64,000 nt of DNA from Eledone cirrhosa (taxonomy: Eukaryota), in NCBI GenBank assembly GCA_964016885.1, contig OZ024761.1:14012001-14076000 (forward strand), read 5' to 3'. The stretch's first letter is position 1. Every line of letters starts with the position of its first letter. A model generated the notes under the pieces. It searched no databases and was not told the DNA's origin. It worked only from the letters and a program-made list of their open reading frames with translations. A program made the translations under genes and the position numbers. Shown in pieces: positions 56,675-64,000 of this stretch.

Positions 56675-57084
56675 TAAACAAATAATGAATAAACAATGAA
56701 ACAGTTCCTTATATTAAACAAAAAAAGTTCATTATTTAACGATCGTTTCTAGGATATATATGTGTTAGAATTGGCATGCATATTCAACAGATCTATGTAC
56801 AAAATTATACAAAATTATACAAACTATCAAGATTAAATATACATACCAACACATATATACGCCGTCTTCAGAAATAATCTGAAGACGGCGTATATATGTG
56901 TTGGTATGTATATTTAATCTTGATAGTTTGTATAATTTTGTATAATTTTGTACATAGATCTGTTGAATATGCATGCCAATTCTAACACATATATATCCTA
57001 GAAACGATCGTTAAATAATGAACTTTTTTTGTTTAATATAAGGAACTGTTTCATTGTTTATTCATTATTTGTTTAATATTTTAT
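56666..57084. mobile_element. Perfect palindrome, 207-bp arms with a 5-nt loop (Penelope-like inverted remnant)
   Basis: 56666-56872 is the reverse complement of 56878-57084 with no mismatch found by eye. Loop AATAA; sits beside (TA)n. Confidence 0.8.
56732..56877 (-). ncRNA. Type I hammerhead motif with a very long helix II, in the left arm of the 207-bp palindrome
   Basis: Minus strand TTATTT-CTGAAGA-(~115-nt stem-loop, tatatatgtgttgg/ctaacacatatata)-GAAA-CGATCG-TT-AAATAA: 6-bp helix I and palindromic ACGATCGT helix III. Confidence 0.6.
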
Positions 57085-57215
57085 CTTGACTCTGTATACC
57101 GTTTATCTTTCACCGAAAGTGATTTTTCATTACATCTCTTCTTTCCATGATATCCGGAATACATTGAGTTCTTCATACGGATTGGACACTACCGTAAACT
57201 CTTGGTAGATTTATC

Positions 57216-57251
<36 letters not shown>

Positions 57252-57381
57252 TGTATGTATATATATGTATATATATATATATATATATATGAATGTATGT
57301 ATATATATGTATGTATATATATGTATATATATATATATATATATGAATGTATGTATATATATGTATATATATATATAAATG

Positions 57382-57582
<201 letters not shown>

Positions 57583-57732
57583 GTGTGTGAATGTACATAC
57601 ATATATATATATATATAATGTGTGTACATTTTTATTTTTCAATTCATCCTCTCCTTCCTTTCCCCCCACCCACCCCACCCCTTAGTGCTCTCCTTTTCCT
57701 TTTTTTTCATTCTCCTTTCTCTCCTGCTCCAG

Positions 57733-57841
57733 CACGCCACTCTTTCCCGTAAGTTTGTCGAGGTTATGAATGATTACAACACATGTCAGATAGACTACAG
57801 AGAGAGATGCAAGGGCCGTATACAGCGCCAATTGGAGATCA
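57733..57841 (+). CDS. STX1A: Syntaxin-1 Hc-helix exon, alternative copy B ('6b'), 109 nt, phase 0/1
   Basis: Long pyrimidine tract + ccag acceptor and A|GTAAGA donor. Translates [36 protein letters not shown](T), close to vertebrate [37 protein letters not shown]. Contained in ORF 57622..57870. Confidence 0.96.
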
Positions 57842-58041
57842 GTAAGAGCCATTGGAGCAAACTTTCATAAACTGTGTTTACTATCTCTCTATCTATCTTA
57901 CTCTTCCACCAACGTTCCCCACACCCTTCTCTCTCTCTCTCTCCTGCTCTTTCTCCCCCCTCTCTCTCTCTCTCTTCATTATTCTACTATATTCTGTATA
58001 TACATGTATGTGAGTGCCTGTGTCTATATCTATATATATAT

Positions 58042-58170
58042 ATAGGAACGAGTAGGACCCCGACGGCTGAGCTCAAGCCGTTTCGACGGCTAATTCTGGA
58101 CTAAATTTAGTTCAGAATTAGCCGTCGGAACGGCTTGAGCTCAGCCGTCGGGGGTCCTACTCGTTCCTAT
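58042..58170. repeat. GC-rich palindrome, ~64-bp arms, 200 nt downstream of exon 6b
   Basis: Centre ctaaatttag (58101-58110). Two G-U-compatible mismatches and small bulges. The minus strand shows GAAA-cggct..agccg-TC, the 3' half of a hammerhead-like motif. Confidence 0.75.
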
Positions 58171-58415
58171 TACCCACTCTACTACCCTAAGTATTGAGTA
58201 CTTTGCTGCGTTATGGTCCACCTGGTTCCTTACCACATTTCCTTTGTTATATATATATATAAAATAGTAGAACACTGGAAGGTTATATCTGTAGTAGTAG
58301 AACACTCAGTCCATGGGTCGAGTTTGGTAGCAGTAGTTCCTCAACAGTTAGTTCACCATACCGAGAACAAATTTTTCACCATATGCGGATCTTCAGCTTG
58401 GTCTGAACAAAGTTT

Positions 58416-58442
<27 letters not shown>

Positions 58443-58448
<6 letters not shown>

Positions 58449-58830
58449 TAGTAAAAGGAAAAGAAAATGCTGACAAATTTTTTCCAGTGAAAAATAGTTT
58501 AATTAGGAATAAGTATAAATTAGTAATAAGTATTGGTTAGTATTCAGTTTTAGTTTTAAGCTTTTACCGGTTGCGCATTTCTAATGCTTTTCAAAAATAA
58601 TTTTGAGATTGAGCGCTCGTGATGTTTGCTCGGTTTAGAGCAAACATCACGAGCGCTCTATCTCAAAATTATTTTTGAAAAGCATTAGAAATGCGCAACC
58701 GGTAAAAACTTAAAACTAAAACTGAATACTAACTAATACTTATTACTAATTTATACTTATTCCTAATTAAACTATTTTTCACTGGGAGAAAAAAATTTGT
58801 CAGCATTTTCTTTTCCTTTTACTAATATAT
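58443..58830. mobile_element. Near-perfect palindrome, ~190-bp arms with a 6-nt loop
   Basis: Centre gatgtttgctc-ggttta-gagcaaacatc. Decayed hammerhead-like TTGAAAA-gcat(tagaa)atgc-GCAA-CCGG-TA-aaaa. Confidence 0.75.
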
Positions 58831-58883
58831 CACAACTCGTGTGTTACACCTGTATTTTTAAAAATATATATATATATATATAT

Positions 58884-59270
58884 ATCATCATCATCACCGT
58901 TTTACGTCCGTTCTTCCACGCTAGCATGGGTTAGACGGGTTGTCCTGTTGTGGGCAGTGTCTGGTCGGCTGACCATGCCTTGCTCATACAGAAACTGATT
59001 CTGGCTTGATTTCTACAGCTGGATGCCCTTCCTAACACCAACCTCATTTACAGTGAGTGCTGGGTGCTTTTTTTCCGTGGTGCCTACACGTCTACTTTAC
59101 AGTGTGGACTGGGTGCTTTTTTTGCTGTTGCACTTCCACGACCACTTTGTAGTGGGAGGGTGTGGGGGCATATTGTCTATATGTTTCAGCTTCGACTTGT
59201 ACCCGTGAGGGGTCGGGTCTTCTGTATTACTGCGTGACGCCAGAGGTCACGGTCGTATGTCATCACCTAT
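58884..59270 (-). mobile_element. RTE-tailed SINE-like element (copies 46412-46650, 47607-48510, 49270-50470, 62860-63010; + strand remnants 12490-12960)
   Basis: Shared cttccacgctagcatgggttagacggg...ctacagctggatgcccttcctaacaccaacc block next to (CAT)n. Confidence 0.7.
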
Positions 59271-61509
59271 ATATATATATTTATTAAAATAACAGATTAA
59301 AGAATCATTAAGGGTGAAAGCAGCGATTCTTTGCTTAAACTTTAATCTGTTATTTTAATAAATATTTGCTCTATGGTTCTTATATATTTGATATATATTT
59401 ATCCTTATCGAGCCCTCTTTAGATTTTAGTCTTCACATTTATTATTATTACTATATATATATAGATATACAGATATATATATATATATATATACAATCCA
59501 GAGCCTTTTTACTCCACCATTTTCCGTTTTGGTGTTGGTCATATCAGGTGTGTAGCTGTACTCACCACACTAGGCCAGTTGTGGGTTAGTGAGGGTATTT
59601 AACCCATCGCTGGGTAAACTCATTTCTACAGCTGAGCGGAGCAGCGTGAAATAAAGTGTCTTGCTCAAGAACACAACGCAAAGCCCGGTCTGAGAATCGA
59701 ACTCACAACTTCAGGATTGTAAGCCTGATGCTCTAACCACTAAGCTATGGCAGCTGGTTATGGCCAGTTTGAACAGAAAGAGGTGAAAGAATTCTGGCCG
59801 GATATGGCCGGTTTAAATGCTAAAGGGTTAACTAACTTTAACTTGTGATGGATTGTTATCCCATCCAAGAGGGTGTCTTGTACCCTCAGTCACTTAAACC
59901 CCACTGAAACTGAAATAAATTTGAGCCTGATGAGTCTCTGGGCTTGGGACAGACATAACATTTTTTAAAGTTCAATATAAACAAATGCATACATATATTT
60001 GTGAAGACACATTGCCTAGTGGTTAGGGTGTTCAGCTTACAATCATGAGGCCATATGTCCAATTCTCATTAGGACATTGTGTGTTCGAGCAAGGCACTAT
60101 ATTTCATATTGCTACATAGCACACAGCCTTGTTACACACTGTGTCATGCTGAATCTCCCTTAGAACTATATCAAGGGTACATGTATCATGACTGTCAAAT
60201 TGTTAGGCTCTTCCATTGATCATACCATCTGGAAAATTTGTTAAGGAACTGATGGAGGGCAATCAACATACATTCACATGAACATACATACATACACATG
60301 AACATACATATATACACATGCATGTATATACATGATGATGGCTTCAACTTGATTTCGAGTAATGCCATCGCTTTTTAATCCTACTAGGGACTTGCCTGTG
60401 GCCAGCAATGCCATGCATCGCAAAAGAATGTCATATATCAAGCGATGCTTGTGCTTGAAGCTTTTTTAAGTGAGGAAAGGCTTTGCACGGGGCCTATCCT
60501 TCTCTCTGAACATCGAATGCATTTACCCTAAAAGTAGAACTGGTCTACATCATTGGATACAAACGAAGTCGCAAATTTATATCAGAGTGATCTTCTCCTA
60601 GAGAGATGTCTTAATGAAGACTAGGAGTCTCTCGCTCCACAAAAAAAAAAAAAAACTTTATTGGATGGCCGTTGACTCTCTTGATTTCCTCCGCCCTTCA
60701 TACACACATACACACACACATGATGGCTGCAAACTCTGCTAAGAGTATTGCAATCGCTTGTCAGATTACAGAAAATGGTGCACATTTAGACTACGGCCAG
60801 CCTCACAAACCTGTAACAGATCCTGAACAAGCAATGCCTGTGCTTTGAAGGTTTTTTAAGTGGGGAAAGGCCTCGCACTCGACCAATCCCACTTTCTGAG
60901 CATCGAAAACACTACCCGAAAAGGAGAACTGGTCAACATCATCGGATGCTTCCGAAGCTGCAGGTTTTTTTTTCAAAGTTTCCCTCTTAGAAAGGCCTTT
61001 CACTCCCAGGAGAGGAAAAAAAAAAAAGTACTATTTGGATGGCCGTTGATTCTGCTTAGTTCCTCTGCCCTTTGTCGGGTCTTGTATTTCATATCGCAGG
61101 GTGTCCAAATACAACCCTCCACACCAAGCAAGATTGGTGGGGTTGCCAGTTTAGTTGCCGACAACTCGACCATGGGACAGGTTGTACTGGGTTACATGTT
61201 ACCAGTAGCACTTGAGAGCGACCTGACACACATTTACATACTTGTGAGTGAGTTTGGGTCGCGTTGTTTGCTCAGATATAATCGTACATTCTTGTTTGTT
61301 TTGTCCCTAAACCTTATTTCAAAAATAAAAAAAATGTTCACTTTTATTTATTATTTTTTCTTCTTCTTTCTTTCATCTAATCTCATCTTTCCTCGTTGGT
61401 GGTAAGAGGAGACAACTACTTCTGTCCATCCTCCTTCCCTCTCTTCTTCCTCCTTCGCCTTTATCTCTCTCTCTCTCTCCTTGTCTCTCTTGCTTCAACA
61501 ATTGTACAG

Positions 61510-61562
61510 TTCGACGTAGCTGTTTTCTGGCGGTGCTTATTATATGTTGCTTAATCACATGA
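61510..61562 (+). other. Candidate alternative terminal exon encoding (I)RRSCFLAVLIICCLIT-stop
   Basis: Pyrimidine tract of ~75 nt (61419-61495) then gtacag. Read in phase 1 after exon 6a/6b it gives a basic + hydrophobic + CaaX-like tail. AATAAA at 62171 and 62182. No transcript evidence. Confidence 0.25.
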
Positions 61563-61642
61563 TCTTCCCATCAGCCCTTGCTCAGCGTTGTTTTTCGTTT
61601 GTTTGTTTCTGTTTTTCTTTTGTTTTTCATTTTTTTCTTTTT

Positions 61643-61683
<41 letters not shown>

Positions 61684-61849
61684 TCTTTTCTTTTCCCTGC
61701 ATGGATCTTCGAAGTATGTTAATTATTTATCATCGTCATCAATATTATTAATATCATTATCATCATCATCATCATTATCATCACCATAATTATTATCATC
61801 ACCATCATTATCACCATCATCATCATCATTATTACTGTTGATGTTGTTA

Positions 61850-61884
<35 letters not shown>

Positions 61885-61885
61885 A

Positions 61886-62102
61886 TGGCGGTGGATTGGC
61901 AGTAATTGGTAGAGCGCCGGACAACATGCTTTGCAGCATAGAGTTACGGCCCTTTGCGTTCTGAGTACAAATCCCGCCGAGGTTAACTTTGCCTTTCATC
62001 CTTACGGGGTTGATAAATTAAAGTACCAGTCACGCACTGGGGTCGATTTAATTGACTTTCCCCTCCCCTTCAAATTACTGGCCTTGTGCCCAAAGTAGAA
62101 AT
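61886..62102 (+). mobile_element. tRNA-derived SINE (long variant)
   Basis: ggcggtggattggcag...gtagaa inserted in an (ATT)n tract. Confidence 0.85.
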
Positions 62103-63192
62103 TATTATTATTATCATTATTATTATTTGTATCATTATTATAATTGTTTCAGTAACTTCAGTAATGAAAAAATAAATTTCTAATAAAAAGAAAAAAATTA
62201 AATTTCTACTAATTTTTATTAAAAGAAAAAAAGAAAAAGAACCTCATTTTTAAAGCACTAATTTTTTTTTTTTTTATGTTTGAAATTATTAAATTACTTT
62301 TGTTGATGTTTGTCGCCATTCACAAATTATTGTTTTTTTTTTTTAATTAAGAAAATTCTTTATTTTCTCTTAATATTTCTTTATTCATAATTAAAATTTT
62401 GTTAGGTTTTTTTTTTTTTCAACTTCAATCAATTTACAAAACATAATTTCACATTTCGTCTCTTTCTCTTTCCTTCTTTCTCTCACTCACTCACTCTCTC
62501 TCTCTCTCACTCCCTCTTTCTCTATCCCATTCTTTCTCTCACTCACTCTCTCTTTATCTCACTTACTCCCTCTTTATCTGTCTCTCTCACTCAGCCCCTC
62601 TTTATCTCTCTCTCTCTTGCTCTCTTTATCTCTCACTCACCCCCTCTTTATCTATCTCTGCCCCCTTCTCTACCATACACCATATCAACATAGTCATCAT
62701 GTTTTTACTAACACTAGTTTCTTATTCATCACCACCACCACCACCACCACCACCACCATCCACCTTCATCATCACCACCACCACCACCACCATCCACCTT
62801 CATCATCACCACCACCTCCACCACCATCATCATCACCATCATCCACACCATCATCATCATCATCATCCTCGTTTAACGTCCATCTTCCACGCTAGCATGG
62901 GTTAGATGGGAGTTGTCCCACTTGAGGTAAGATTGGTCGGGTGACCATGTCTCGCTCGTATAGGACCGTCTGGCAGGTTTTTTACGGCTGGAAGCCCTTC
63001 CTAACACCAATTATCATTATTATCATCATCACCTTTGTCATCATCATTTTTATGACTTTCATTATCTCTACCATTCCTCCGTCCCTCTCCCATCTCTCCA
63101 TGTACCCCTCCAACACATCCCTCCACTCACTAGAGGTGAGTGTTTCAGGAGATGTTTATATATATATCCTTACATGACATGTCCATCCATCT

Positions 63193-64000
63193 CTACATAT
63201 ATGTGGGTGGGTCTTTAGTTAAAGACCCTCCCCCTTCTTGTCCTACATGCATGTGGGAGGGTCTTTAGTTAGGAACCCTCCCCCTCTTCTACATATGTGG
63301 GAGTGCTTTAGTTAAGAACCCTCCCCCCTCTTGTCCTGCATGTTATGTGGGAGGGTTTTAGTTATGGACCCTCCCCCTCGTATCCTACATATATGTGGGA
63401 CGCTCTTTAGTTAAGGTCCTTCCCTTCTTCCTTTTGTCCTACATGCATGTGGGAGGGTCTTTAGTTATGGACCCTCCCCCTCGTATTCTACATATATGTG
63501 GGACGGTCTTTAGTTAAGGTCCTTCCCTTCCTCCTTTTGTCCTACATGCATGTAGGAGGGTCTTTAGTTATGGACCCTGCCCCTCGTATTCTACATATAT
63601 GTGGGACGGTCTTTAGTTAAGGTCCTTCCCTTCCTCCTTTTGTCCTACATGCATGTAGGAGGGTCTTTAGTTATGGACCCTGCCCCTCGTATCCTACATA
63701 TATGTGGGACGGTCTTTAGTTAAGGTCCTTCCCTTCCTCCTTTTGTCCTACATGCATGTGGGAGGGTCTTTAGTTAAGGACCCTCCCCCTCGTATTCTAC
63801 ATATATGTGGGACGCTCTTTAGTTAAGAACCCTTCCTCTTCTACATGTATGTGGGAGGGTTTTTTGTTAAGAACCCTCCCTTTCCCCTTTTATCCTACAT
63901 GTATGTGGGAGGGTCTTTAGTTAAGAACCCTCCCCCCTCTTCTACATATGTGGGAGGGTCTTTTGTTAAGAACCCTCCTCCCTCTTCTACATATGTGGGA
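63193..64000. repeat. ~50-60-nt diverged minisatellite with internal inverted ggagggt/accctcc, running off the window end
   Basis: Repeated ctacat..atgtgggagggtctttagttaaggaccctcccc. Confidence 0.85.

Overview
AT-rich, microsatellite- and transposon-dense animal genomic DNA. The repeat landscape and protein sequence point to a coleoid cephalopod, probably an octopod (inference). The whole window lies inside one + strand gene, neuronal syntaxin-1 (STX1A/Syx1A/unc-64 family), which the ORF track mostly misses. Four short exons are visible: 33292-33366 (75 nt), 36612-36685 (74 nt), and two paralogous 109-nt copies of the Hc-helix exon (51917-52025 and 57733-57841). The two copies have identical phases and look like a mutually exclusive pair, since including both frameshifts into a stop. 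Around them are candidate splicing signals: a ~590-nt AG-free zone with a possible distant branch point, a UGCAUG cluster, a possible 17-nt frame-restoring microexon, and a possible short terminal exon ending in a CaaX-like hydrophobic tail. The introns also hold long fold-back palindromes next to (TA)n tracts, most carrying intact or decayed minimal type I hammerhead ribozyme motifs of the Penelope-like kind; three of these hairpins bracket the second alternative exon. The rest is tRNA-derived SINEs, TTAA-flanked piggyBac-like MITEs, CR1/RTE/Tx1/CRE LINE remnants, minisatellites born inside those elements, and simple repeats that explain nearly all listed ORFs. All alignments and counts were done by eye, and family comparisons come from memory of known sequences, not from searches.
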